From contig NC_087437.1 of the NCBI RefSeq assembly GCF_036321535.1, positions 10,728,001-10,792,000 of the forward strand: 64,000 bases of DNA, written 5' to 3'. Shown one piece after another: positions 50,950 through 64,000 of this stretch; within the stretch, counting starts at the first letter, position 1, and each line of letters opens with the position of its first letter. Under the pieces are notes generated by a model. That model was not told where the DNA came from. It was given only the letters and a program-made list of their open reading frames with translations, and searched no databases. Source of the stretch: Camelus dromedarius (taxonomy: Eukaryota). Position numbers and translations under genes: made by a program.

Positions 50950-51590
50950 TTCATTTTTAAAAACAGTCTTAAATAGATGATGGGTGTATACACAGTGAAA
51001 AGTTGGAACAACACAGAGTGTGCAGTAAGAGTAAGTCTTCCTCCCCATTGGCCAGCATTCATTCCCCTCCCAAAGACATCTTTTGTCTGCATTTGCCTTT
51101 TTTCACTCACCATCCACAAGGTTGTCCCATGTTCACATATGTAGATCAGCTCCATTATAATTATATATTATTTCATGGAAAGAAGGTACCTTAGTTTACT
51201 TAACAGATTCCCTACAATGGACATACAGGTTATATCCACTGTTTTGCCATCACAAATAATGATTCACCATCACAAATAATGTTTCATTGAGTATCTTTGT
51301 ACTTACTTTCTTGTATAAATGTATCTGTAGGACAAATTCCTAGAACAAAGTGCTAGCACAAGGGATCTCTGCATGTGCGCTTGTAATAGATATGACCCTT
51401 CGTCTCCTCCAAAGAAGTTGCACTAAGTTGTACTCCCAACCTAGATACATCTGCCCTTTCCCCATATCCTTCCCCAGGCAATGTGGTGCTACCAAATAAT
51501 GACCTTTACCAATCTAACAGATAAGAAGGAATGTTTAAATATAATTGTATCTCTAATAGAATGAGTGAGAATAATCCCTTACCATGTGTC
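50950..51590 (-). mobile_element. Ancient L1ME-like 3' region
   Basis: ttagtttacttaacagattccc...tggacat...gtaggacaaattcctagaa...tactcccaac. Confidence 0.6.
51247..51286 (+). repeat. 20-bp tandem duplication (ccatcacaaataatg(a/t)ttca x2)
   Basis: Directly visible. Confidence 0.9.
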
Positions 51591-51759
51591 TGAAGGTTGG
51601 TCTCTTATTGAAAAGAAACCTTACAGAAACCTACGTTCTTTACACTTTCTTACCATTCATCTTTTGATGACACTAAACTTTCTGGAACTTAGTGTTTTCA
51701 TCTGTAGAAAGAGAAAGTTTAACGTCTGTATGGTTCCTTTCGTTTTGAACCATTAGTGA

Positions 51760-52230
51760 TCTGTCACTGCCCTGCTTAAAGCTCTTGGTGGCTTCCCACT
51801 GCACTTAGGGGAAAACCCACACTTCTCCCACTGGCCCCCTCCACCGCCTCATTCCCCCCCACCCCGGCCTCCTTGGCCTCCTTTTTGTCCTGCAGGACCC
51901 TGGGATTTGCTGATCCTTTGGCCTGGGTCACATTCGACCAGTTCTTTGTGTGGGCCACAACTTGGTCATTCGTCTGCTCTCATCTTGAGTGTCATCTCCT
52001 GAGAGAGAGGTTCATTACTTCACCACCTTCGATTAATAGTTCCACACTGATTCTCTTTGGTCACATCAACCTGATCGTTTCTGTCTTGAAACTTTTCATA
52101 ATCTGGCATACTTATTTGTGGGGTGGTTTTATTTTCTGTTTACTCACTCTCGACTCAAATCTCCATGAGAACAGAGAACTTAACTGTCTTTAGCACCTGG
52201 CAGAAAGTAGTTTGGATGAAGCAAATGAAT
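51760..52230 (+). mobile_element. L2 3' region
   Basis: ctgcttaaagctcttggtggcttcccactgcactta; ctccatgagaacag...tagcacctgg. Confidence 0.65.
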
Positions 52231-53029
52231 AGCTGTTTTGCCTGTCACTTCTTCGACACTTCTGAAATCTGTGCTCCGTTGGTTTGTAATGTTGAAATAT
52301 GCACTGAGAGTATGTGTGTACGTATGTGTGTACGTGTGTGTGTCTGTGTGTGTGTATGCTCTCATTCTGTCCCACGGAATTAGATCCACCTGGAACAAGG
52401 GGCTCCTTTTTCTATGAAGATGTCACAAGGGGAAAGACCCAGGAGAAAGTAATGCATTTTATGGTAAAACAAGGAAAGGGAATACAAAGCTTAGCTAAAA
52501 ATGCTTAAAGTTAAGTGCTGCAGATACTGGTATGAAACTTATTAGCAAGAAATTAACATGTTAATTTAACATGTGAAATTAATGTGTTAAACAAAAAACT
52601 TGAGTTTTTATTTCCATCTTGTTTGAAGTATATTCTTGATTTTATGAAGTATCTAGGCTAGATTTTATGCAGACCATCTGTGGACACAAATTATAAGCAA
52701 ATAATTTGCATCTTTAAGTATAGGTTCAAATAATACTCAGTACGTGGGCCAAATTTTGCAAACCAGGAGAATATTATAATCCAAGAACTATGTACCTTTT
52801 CCTAGAGATACCTACCTTCAGTAATACAGTATGAACACAGTCACTTTTCTGTGCTGTTTTCACAACGTCAGAATCCGAAGTCACATCATGAAAGCCAAAT
52901 TGATGCATGTGTTTGTTTTCAAAGCCAGGCTCGGGCAAAGAAAGTAGGTAAACTTGGTCTTTGCTGCCACCTTGTCATGTTGTACAACTGTCACTTCTTA
53001 TGCTTTATTTAAACAGAAAATTCCTGGGA

Positions 53030-53450
53030 AAAAAATCATGTGTAGTGGAATGGGTAAATAAATTGTAATGTATTCATACAATGGCATAGTACATAATAGT
53101 GAAATAAAAAACGGGAACAATGAGCAGTATGTATGAATTTCACAAACATATTGAGAGAAACTTCTTTCTCTCACAGTACTCATACAGTACTCTCACAGAG
53201 TACTGTATGATTCCTTGTCTATAAATTCAAGAACAGGAGTAACTAATGTTACAGAGGCAGGAGTCAGAATAACGGTTACATTTGGGGGGTGTTTATGACT
53301 GGTGACATATACAAAAGAGATTTCTGGGGTGCTGGCAATGCTCTATATTTTGTTCTAGGTGGTGGTTACCTAGACGTGTTCACTTTGTAAATAGTTCATC
53401 AAGCTGTGCACCAATGATCTGTGTACTTTTCTTTCAACATATTTTATTTT
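53030..53450 (+). mobile_element. Ancient L1ME-like 3' end
   Basis: aaataaattgtaatgtattcatacaatgg...tctggggtgctggcaatg...gttcactttgtaaa. Confidence 0.7.
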
Positions 53451-54419
53451 TTTCATAGTTTCCGTTCAAAAGTTATTACATTTAAGCCACATCTCCTCTA
53501 TCTTGTGAAAATTATTGCTTTGAACCTAACTGTAGGTCTTATTTTCCCTGTTAAATTTGTACTGTTAAACTCTAGTTTGACGTGTTTAGACCTTTTGATT
53601 CTTCACTTCCGGTCCGTGTGTTCCCTTGTCTGTTCAACTTTATGTTATCCATAGCTTTGATAAGCCTGGTTTTTAAGTCTCAATTTAAGTCATCGGTAAA
53701 GTGTTGAAAAGGCTAATCACAAATTGTCCTACTAGAGAGCTTCTTTGTGCCAATTAATTTATTTGGTCATTTAGCAAGATCTCTGTTCTACACCTACCAA
53801 ACCAGATTATCACCCAGACTGGAACTCTCTGTCTCTGGCCCACAGGGATGCACTACAAGTGCTATTTGCAGCAGCCCAGTTTGCTTTTGGATCCTACTGT
53901 CTACAGTCTCACTGGTCATCGGTAATCCCTCCCCAACATACATAAAAGTCAAATTGATGACTGCCAGGCTGCTGTGTTTGCTTTGGCTCTAGGCTCGTGC
54001 CTTTGACAGTAATGAAGGAAGACAACTGCTAAGACTTTTGATTGTGTGTATGTGGAGTTCAAGTGTGGAGTACTCTCTACTTTATTCTGCTAATCTGTAG
54101 TTTTCTCACCTTGTTGAAAAGGAAATGGAGTAACCATGGCACTGTTTGGTTTTGGGGTCCCATCAATCATGACATGATTTTCGAAGTCCTAACAAATCAA
54201 ATGATGTCATTCTCCTTGTTGACACAGAAATAAAATTTAATATAATTGAATAGAGTTCAAAACCTGTGCCTTCTCTCTGCCGTCTGTTAGCATTTCACTG
54301 TTATCTGCTCCAAGGAGCTGTTCTCTTCATTGAATTGCCACATTTTCCGTTAGAAAAGCCTTGTTTTCTTTAGCTTTTTTTTCTTTTGTTGGATGTGTCT
54401 AAACCTATGAAATGATTTT

Positions 54420-54895
54420 TTAAATTAAAGTGTGATTGATTTACAATATGTGTTAGTTTCAGGAGTATAACAAATCACTTTGTTATGCTATATAGTATAT
54501 AAAATGATTCAGTTATACATACATTTTTTCAGGTTCTTTTCCATTATAAGTTATTACAAGATACTGAATATAGTTTCATGAGCTATACAGTAAATCCTTG
54601 TTGTTTATCTATTTTATATTTAGTAGTTTGTATCTGTTAATCCCAAACTCCTAATTTATCCCTTCCCCTATCTCCTTTGGTAACCATAAGTTTGTTTTCT
54701 ATGTCTGTGAGTCTGTTTCTATTTTGTAAATAGATTTATTTGTATCATTTTTTTAGATTCCACATATAAGTGATATCACATAATATTTGTCTTTCTCTGT
54801 CTGACTTACTTCACTCAGTATGACATTCTCTAGGTCCATCCATGTGGCTGCAAATGGCATTATTTCATTCTTTTTTATGGCTGAGTAATACTCCA

Positions 54896-54932
<37 letters not shown>

Positions 54933-55523
54933 CATACCACATCCTGATCCATTCACCTGCTGATGGACGTTTAGGTTGCTTCCATGTCTTGGCTATTGTA
55001 AATAGTGCTGCTATAAACATTGGGGTGTATGTATCTTTTCGAGTTAGAGTTTTCATCTTTTCCAGATATATGCCCAGGAGTGGGATTGCTGGATCATATG
55101 ATAAATCTATTTTTAGTTTTTTAAGGAACCTCCTTACTGTTCTCCATAGTAGCAGCACCAGTTTACATTCCCACCAATAGTGTAGGAGGGTTTCCTTTTC
55201 TCCACATCCTCTCCAGCATTTATAATTCGTAGACTTTTTGATGATGGCCATTCTGACTGGTGTGAGATGATAACCTCATTGTAGTGTTGATTTGCATTTC
55301 TCTGATAATTAGCAATGTTGAGCATCTTTTCATGTGCCTTTTGGCCATCTGTATGTCCGCTTTGGAGAAATGTCTATTTAGGTCTTCTGCCCCATTGACT
55401 GGGCTGTTTGGGTTTTTTTTCATACTGAGTTGTATGAGCTGTTGGTATATTTTGGAAATTAACCCCTCGTCAGTTAGATCACTTGCACATATTTTCTCCT
55501 AGTCCATAGGTTGTCTTTTCACC
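54420..55523 (-). mobile_element. L1 (ORF2 end and 3'UTR) with (TG)n
   Basis: ORF2-like minus-strand ORFs at 54865-55423. TSD atgaaatgatttt at 54407-54419 and 55524-55536. Confidence 0.93.
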
Positions 55524-58301
55524 ATGAAATGATTTTAATAACAGGATTTTAAGACAATTAAAAGGCAAAGCTATGAAATTGTACCCACCTTGAAGTAAGA
55601 GACCCAACCCTGGGCTTCATGGAACTTAGAGACCTCTGGTGGGGCAGACATGCCAATGACTGTAGCAGGGATAACAGTGCAGTGGGAACGCAGAAGAAGG
55701 AGCACCAGGAGGTGTTCTCCCTGAAGAAAAGACAGTCTTCCTGACAAAAAGAACAGCATGCACAGAAGGCTGCACGTGCGTGACCTTTGCGGGCAGTGTG
55801 ATCCATGGAGAACCAGGCGGCTGCCCAGGTAGGCAGGTGTGCCCCCTGTACAAACGTAGAATTTATCCTGAATGTGTCTGCGTGCTAGAAAGACCAGCTC
55901 TGGAGCAGCATGGTGTATGATGGCAGGAAGGAGAGACCAAAGGAAAAGGGTGTCATGAAGGAGACTAGTGCAGTGATGTTATTAGTGATGGCATTCATCA
56001 CCCGCCCCGAAGAGCAGACGGGAGAATGAACAGGTGGATGGAGTCATGGAGAAGATGGTGTCCACTCCACACATGTCTCTCATGCCAGCACCCCCCGTTT
56101 CTCACAGGAGGCATTAATACCACTGTGCATTTTTTCCGAAGAGCTTAGCTTTTGTGCACAGTCATTGCTCTGCAGCTGAAGGTATATGAAGCCAATAACT
56201 GCAGGTCGATGGGACACAGTGTGAATTTTTATGTAGATAAATTTGATGTTGTCCTTCTTAGTGGGCAATTCAAGAAAGAAGCCCCCCAAAAAAGATAATC
56301 AGCCAACCCTCCTTACTGCACCCCTTCAAAGTTCAGTTTGGACCGACCTCTTCTCCAGTACATTCTGGGATTCTTCCCAGCCAGGTACCACCTATTCTGA
56401 TGGGACCCTGTGTCCTGCCGTGTCACACCTCGTGATGGTCACTGGGGGATTCTCTGTGTCTCGGCTGCTGGCAGGCATCCCAGGGTCAGGACCCCGCTTG
56501 TGCATCTCAGCTTCCTGCCCCACCTCACCCCATGCTCCTCCCTTCCACCCAGTGGGTTGAAGGGAGTACAGAGTCCACACATATTTGTTGAATAAATGAA
56601 ATTTATCCCTAATGTTCCTTTGTTCTAGTTTTATCTTTAATTGGCAACAAGCTTTCCTCAGAGCCAGAGAGTATTTCTACATCTGTATCTTCCCTGGAAC
56701 CTACTACAGACCTGTTTAGACTGCGGGCATCAATAAATACCTTCTTGGGCTGTTAAAAAACTAGTTGGTATTGTGAAATTCTTGGCGGTAAGGACAAAAG
56801 AAAGGAAAATTAATGACATATTCACTGAGGCATCTTCTCAGAAAAGGATTCTCATCTTCCTAGTTGTAATTACTTGTATAAATGCTAACGAGTAAATTGA
56901 GTTCTCTTGGAGCAAGGACTGGGGGCCTAGAAGAGGACTGGTGACTAACCAAAGTGGATGATTCTAACCAATATCAGAACCACCATTTGGTCGTGTCAGG
57001 TGTACCCCAGCGGCAAAACATCCTAAAACATCTAAGTTAAATTAAAAATTAAATATACATCCAGTAGAAAATCAGTAAATATGTTCAGAAGAAACTTTTC
57101 TTTTACTCCTCCCCTACCCCTGCTTGTGGGTTTGGGGAGAAACCCAAGTATTGGATAGTAGAAGGCTTCTTACAGACAATGGCCAGTTATTTATTTACTC
57201 AGTAGGTATATATCCAGACCTGTTAGGCACGGTGCTTGATACCATGTGTATTGCAGAGACACCTACATGCCCTGTCCTCAGATAGCCTTCAGTCTTGGTA
57301 GGAAGAAAAACAGACACACACACACCAAAAGGGAAGTTTAAATGCAATAGAAGTTCACAAAAGAGACTGAGAACTGTGATTGAAAATGGCAGGAGACCGC
57401 TTCATAAAAGGAGTACCCATGAAAGATGGAGAGCGTTTCCATAGGGAAAGGAACACAGTTGTCAAGTTGCAGGATGACAGGACTTTGAAGTGCGGAAAAA
57501 GCAAGCTCGTTCTCCCAACCACGTCCTCAGCATGGCAGTCTGCTACATATAAGGAACTTGAATGGAGAGATACAGGAAAAAAATTCCGTGTTAACAATTA
57601 ATGAGTCTGTTCATTGTAAGTCTGGGTTTTTTAATGATAAAAAATTGAAAAAGTAATATAAAATAAAACCAGCTAGGAAGCATTTCTTCACAAAGGCATG
57701 CACACCCATGTATAGCCAACATTCTGGAACACTGGTACTGGACAAACTGGGAGTAGCAGGGGAAGACATCCTCAAGGAAATAGTATTTATCTGGCCCCTA
57801 ATGGATGACCGGATTTCAGTAGGGAGAAGAGAGAATATAGGTTTATCAAGGTACAGAATGAGTGTTTTGAAGTATGGACAATCCAAAATTTCCCTTTTCA
57901 TCAGACAGGGATACCGTCACTTGCTGGGAATTAGTTCAGTGCAAATGTATCACCAACATCATACACTCACTGTGAAAAAAACAAAAGACATTTGAAATTA
58001 TAATACATTCTTATTAATGAGAAATAAAAATACAAATTAAAAGAAAGGAACCAGATTAATTTTTCCCAAAAGTGTACTTCTTTATATCTTCTACTCAAAA
58101 AAAGATATGCATGCCTAAGTTGACATACACGCTCTGAAAGCTGAAATGCAGGTAGAAATTGAGATAGTTGTGCTCCCAGGAATGCCAGTTACATTGCTCC
58201 ATTACCACCTTCCTAGATCCAAGTTTTAAGAGCACTTTTTTTTTTCTCAAAAGATTGTGTGAAGCAACAAGTACAGGCAAAAATTTTAGAATATATATAT
58301 A

Positions 58302-58787
58302 CAAAGGCATACCTCGTTTATTGCACTTTATTGCTCTTTGCAAATACTGCGTTTTTTACAAATTGAAGATTTGTAGCAGCCCTACGGTGAGCAAGTCCAT
58401 TGATGCCAATTTTCTAACAACATTTGCTCACTTTGTGTCTCTGTGTCGCCGTTCGGTAGTTCTCACTATTTCAGACGTTTTCATTATTATTATAGCTGTT
58501 ATGATGATTTGTGATCCCTGATCTCTGATGTTACTACTGTGACTCACTGAAGGCTCAGGTGAGAGTTAGCATTTTTTAGCAATAAAGTATTTTTGATTAG
58601 ATTATATCCTTTGTTTTTGGGACATAATGCTATTGTGCACTTAATAGACTGCCGTATAGTGTAAACCTAACTTTTGTGTGCACTGGGAAACCAAAAAAAT
58701 TCACGTGACTCACTTTATTGTGGTATTTGCTTTATTATTATTGTGGTAGTCTGGAACTGAGCCCACACTATTCCCAAGGTGTGCCTG
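58302..58787 (+). mobile_element. Tigger1 internal-deletion derivative (TcMar MITE, Tigger1a-like)
   Basis: TIRs aggcatacctcg...aaggtgtgcctg flanked by TA. The left and right Tigger1 arms are joined near 58540, with no transposase. Confidence 0.9.
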
Positions 58788-61700
58788 TATAAAAACCAGG
58801 GCAATCGCATTAAGTTTGCTCACAAAAATATTCAAAAGCATTGTCTTAAAGCATTGCACAAAACTTCAGTTTGTGAAATTACTTCTGTGAAATTGCATTA
58901 TCACCATGGAGCAAATCTGGAAGACAAATTGTTGAAGGGGAGATATGTTTTTACCTCCGCCAGTGACTATTAGGGGAAGAAAAGGCAAATAACTGTAACA
59001 GCAGTATCTCACTCCACAGTATCACTAACCAAAAATATCTTGTTCTTCCACTAAGCTGGCTATAAAGTAAATAAATGTGTATTATAACAGTCGACAGTGT
59101 TTTTAAAAATACTATTCCTGCATGATAATAAAGAACTGGAGATTTTACTTAAAATTATTAATAGTGAAAATGTAATAGTAATGAGATATTTGGATAAAAT
59201 GTTAGATTTCTTCTTGTATCCTCTATTTTTAACCTCTTTCGTGAATTGATTTTTATGGTCAGTGAAGAATAGTTACTCCTAACCAGGCCAAAAATATCCC
59301 ACCATGTGACTGTAAAGTATAGTATAGATCTTAAGTACATAGCTGAGAAATGAATCTTATTAAGTTAGAGTTTTACCACATCTAAGAAGGTAAAACCACC
59401 CATCAACTGGAACTGTAGGACCTCTGATGACACTTGTCTTTGGAAACCTCAGAACTTGCCAGTGCGGCCGATGTAACAACCTTACCGTGATGAGATGTTA
59501 GTTCTTACTAATAACAGGAGGCCAGATGCTTTGTTCTTTTAATCTATTCATCACTAAAAAAGGGAGAAAAATAATGAAAAACTGACCCAAATAGGCTTTT
59601 GAAGAAAAGTGAATTCTTCTAATATTGTCAGGACAAAAGTATGTTAATCTTCTTATGAGCGGAGGGAGAAAAGTAATTTGTTAGTCATTTTTACCAAGAC
59701 ACCTCAAAGTTTTACATTCTTTGTACTGTTTATTTGAAGTAGACACAACATAGTAATATGTATCAGACTTCCAAAATGTCTTTCAATGCTGTTTTCTAAT
59801 TTGAAGGAGTTATGACATAGCCTTAATCCTAACTCTACAGTTAATGTTTGAGAATGTTCTAATCTCTGCTGACTGAAATATTAATCAGAAGACTTTGAAA
59901 GTTGCCCTAAATCAAAATTTAAATAACAAAGTGACACATTTCCCTTTATAAACTTTCCACATCTGTCAGGTGATACCTACCCCCCAGGGAAAGTCTTTGT
60001 AAACCCAACTATTGGATCATGGGAAGTTCTCCCTCAGTTGTTATGTTTATGGTATGTGTGGCCTCTTTTCCAGTGTAAATATTCTGTATTTTTTCAGTTC
60101 ATTTGTTTATTGAACAAACGCATGTTGACATTCTGCTCTCCCCCATAGGGGAGAAAAATCAGTATCAGATAAAAATCCTTGTCCTTAAGGCCCTTATATA
60201 AATTTGTTCCCTTGATAAATAAACATTCATTGTTAGCCTGTCCACCACAATTCATTTCTAAGAGTTTTATTTAGCTCTGCATACTGCTGTCGGTTTTGTT
60301 AAATGACGTCGGCACTCTTTATTAAAAAACCCACATGTATGTCATGCAGTTGTTTGCTTGTAAAAGGTAATATTTGTTGTTATGTCACAGAAGCAGATTT
60401 TCTACAGAACAAAGTTGAATGTTACAAGGGCCTAGACTCTTTATTTAAGATACTACTTCAGAGGTTTTTCTTTTATTTTTAGGAATAGGCGATTCAAGCA
60501 GCCAGAATAGAATGTTTAAAAGTAGCGGTGTATTTTTCACACACAATTCTGAATCATTGCTATTTGACTTCTCCTCGGTTACTGTTGTCTTTTCTGTAAG
60601 GTAGATTTCCATGCAGCCTTAGGGGAAATCACCCTGGTGTTTTTTTTAGGGCAGTAGTCTTACCGAGAATACCAGAGGGGAAAAGATGAACCCAAAACAA
60701 CAGGCTTCAGAAAGGCTGGGCTGGGAGCCTGGAAGGTAACCCAGGAGGTGGAACCAGAGAGTAGAGACTAGACTGTGAATGAGGGCAGAGTACGAGAGGG
60801 ACAGGAGAGAAGGAAAGGGGTTGCCTGGGATTAAAGACAAACGGGCATGAAAGTTTAGGAAGGGAACAAACCCACGTAGCTGTTGTTAGGTACCCGCAAA
60901 AGCTAAGGAGCCCTTCGCCGTGCTAAATATTCCTTCCGTAAAACAAAGACGTAGTTCCTGAATGCTCACCAGGAAGGCCAGGAGACCTGTGCTGGTGACA
61001 GTGCTTCTGTTCTTAATATTATTTTGGGGGTGGGGGCGTGGAAGGATGGAAACATGCATCCATCCTTCTAAGGATGCCTCAACCCAAGAATCACTCAACG
61101 TAGAGTGGTTAGCCTTGGACCATTCGGTGTTCGCCATCTTACTTGCCCTGTCTCTGTCTCAGCAGGTGGATTCCAGGGTAGGGGGATGAAGGCCGTGATC
61201 AGAAACGGTTTTGCAGCCATTTCTGGTCCTTCTTTGCCTATAGTGCCTGGTCCCTCCTTTCCCTCAACGCTGTGGCCTGTGTTGCCCACTTTTTCTCCTT
61301 CCCTCCCCTCTTCTTTTCTGTTTCACCTGTATCCATGTATCTCTTGATTTGTTCAGTTGTTCAGACAATATGCTCAAAGAAGCTTCCACGCGGTTGATCC
61401 CATAAAAGCCATTTTGTGAGTTTGGGAATAAGTCAGTGTTGTCGACTGGAAGGGGCTACTTTAGGAAGGAATGCTGTGTGACAGCCCTGTAATGCATTCT
61501 GAAATCCCTTTCCTCATGGCACTCCCCTGATCAAAACTACAGAACTTTATCACCGGACAGCCAGCCCCCAACCCATCCTCCCAATCAGACTTGAGTCATA
61601 TTTTACTTTTCAGGAGAGCTACCTGGCCCAGGATCATGAGTGTCAGGTCGCTTTGTTACATCTGCTTCCCACAGATATTTGAAGAATACTCACTAGGATA

Positions 61701-62194
61701 TTCTAAATGCTAAGATTCAGAGTATTCAAAAATTAGATACATTTAAGTGACCATTTTCAAGTCTTATTAAACCATTATTTGTTCACCTTTTCTTTGACTG
61801 ACTGGGTTTTTCTTGCCTTCAGCAATCTCACAGAGGTGACAGGTCATTTTGCATAAAAAGAACAGTAATAATAGTGGATATCACGTTTCTTCTCTTTGCT
61901 GAAACCACTTTAGATGAATTCTCATTTTAGCAGAACTTGAGCCAAAAAAGCTATTGAATCTCTGTATCATTAGCTTCTCTGGCTAAAAAGTCAAACTGCT
62001 GAGCTCTAGAGTTCCTGTAAGTCTCTTAATTCTCTTCCTGGTTTTTTTTCTTTTTTCTGTTATTTTCAAAAGGCTCTTTGGGGTGTGGGTTGTTTTCTTG
62101 TGTGTGTTTGTTTTGGTTTGGTTTTGTCTATTTCCTGCTTCCTTCCTCCTTATAACTTCTTTACTTACTGTTAGAACTGCCTCAACTGGGAGCA

Positions 62195-62370
62195 CTGGAA
62201 TCCCTCTGAACCTGTGTCTCAGTTTCTTTCTTTGTAAAATGAGAGTCATCACGGTTACCTACCTGGCAGGTTGATGATGAAGACCAAATTATGTAGTCAG
62301 TGAAAATCCATTAGAACAGTGCCAGGCAGGTAAACACTGCATAATTGTTAGCCATTTTTAATGTATTATT
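62195..62370 (+). mobile_element. MIR SINE
   Basis: ctcagtttctttctttgtaaaatgag...ttagaacagtgccaggca. Confidence 0.75.
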
Positions 62371-64000
62371 CTTAGTATGTGGAGTTACAACTTTCTGTGA
62401 TGTACATGCCATACTTTTTAACGTCATGGTAGAAACACAGGGAACCAGTGCCATTACCCTCCCAAGTACACACGCCAAGTCTGGAAACTTCTGTGGGATT
62501 TATGAACACTCTGCCACTTTCAAAGAACGTCTCTGGTGTGTGTCACGTAGCACTCACTCGGAGTGTGGGCTTGCGGCCAGCTCTGTAATTGCTGTTAATT
62601 TACTGTATCATTAACAGAATTAGTCATTGTTTCATTTTAGACTGTGTTAAAATATCGTTTACTTCCACACTGTTGTGGGCTATATAAAAAATCAAATTGT
62701 CACTTCCAGCTAGCTATGATGAATACTTTGTACTGTGTTGTCTGTATGTTGAATTATTAATCTCTTAAGATAAATAACTGCCACTTGTTATGTCTACAAA
62801 CATGAAATGTATTACTTCTTTCCCAAAGGATAAAGGAAGTCTGTTTATTATTTCCATTTTACATTTAGCAAATCTGTAAATATGCTACGTCTTACAGAAT
62901 CGCCTTGGGTAATGTGAGACCTATAAAAAATGTAAACAAAATAAAAAGGAGAGCTTTCTCCTTATGTTTATGTTTATGTAACTGTCTTTAATTTAGCAGC
63001 AACTTTCATATGGTAGGTCATTTATCATGCACTGTCCATGGACTCCATTAAGTAGCTCAGCTGTTACGCTTTGTAATTAATTGTCATTACGTATGAGACA
63101 CTTCAGCAGTTATAGAGCAGAAATGAATCACCATGTCTCAGAAACGTGGGTTCCTGGGACACCTGTTCAGTTATGTCTTCTCTGTGCAGTGCTAATTAAT
63201 AAGTAAGTGTTGCTGGACCAGCACCGTCCTGCATCACGGTTTTAAGTTCAGTGTTCAAGAACAGCTGTCCCGCCGTCTGATCTGGGAGGTGCGAGGTGAT
63301 TCCTCTGTGGGAAGGGTGCACTTGGAGAGGTTGGGTTCTGGTTTTGAGGGTTTTGTGGGCATCTATTGTGTGCATGCTCAGTCAGCTCCAACAGTGGGCA
63401 AGTGTAGGTGTGTCTTGTGCACACCTTTATGTTTCGATACCATGTCATCTTCACTTCCCTCTCAGCTGTTTGGGATTCAGCAGTTTTTGAATCCATATAG
63501 GACAGTATTACTGAAAATTTGTCCAAGCTATGAAAACCCATTTTTAGAAAACTCATACAGCCAGCTTTTTAAAAATTTCTTGGTTGTTCTAAAGTACTGT
63601 ATTTCTTTTTTTTTTAAATAGATTTCTTTTTTAAATGACCTTTAAAAGGTTGTTAAAATCCATGCCTTCAAATGGTAGAGCTGTACTCCTAGGAATGTCC
63701 TACTCCGGGAGCTTTGTTAAGTTTCTGTATTTCCCTTTTTTTTTTTTAAACTGATTTGAGGGAGGAAACTTCTACACAAATGCCAAACAAAAATTGACTG
63801 AGCTGGTTTCAGGCTACTTTGTCTTTACCAGATAGCATCCTGTTCAGAATAAAGTAATTGAGACACTATCTAAATACAAGAGATTTTTAAATAAAGATGT
63901 AAGTGTAAGTTGACTCTTCCCAAGGGATGCTTTTATTGCCGTATATTTTGGCGCATGTAGTATAGTCTGGTCTCAAACTGGTCTTGTTCTTGAAGCCCAT

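Overview
Mammalian genomic DNA, most likely a camelid, judged from five tRNA-Ala-derived SINEs that resemble the camelid Vic-1 family. The window appears to lie inside the large-intron gene UBE2E2 (+ strand). Only one coding exon is visible (41178-41310, 133 nt, AG/GT flanked, encoding (S)[44 protein letters not shown]). The upstream intron holds a sense-oriented, full-length RPL9 retrocopy with a 13-bp TSD and an uninterrupted 191-codon frame that shows a marked A>G substitution excess. The rest is typical intronic repeat content: many 5'-truncated L1s (three with twin-priming inversions), Vic-1-like SINEs, MIR, L2, CR1/L3, hAT-Charlie MITEs (MER3, MER33, MER20), a Tigger1 deletion derivative and a (GAT/GGT)n tract. 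I found no convincing novel biological system. The best leads are the A>G-skewed intact RPL9 retrocopy, a SINE-L1 composite sharing one TSD, a three-level nested insertion, inverted L1s flanking the exon, and a tail-less tRNA-like SINE with a compensated T-stem. Repeat family names and reference comparisons come from recalled consensus sequences, not from a database search, and boundaries of old repeats are approximate.
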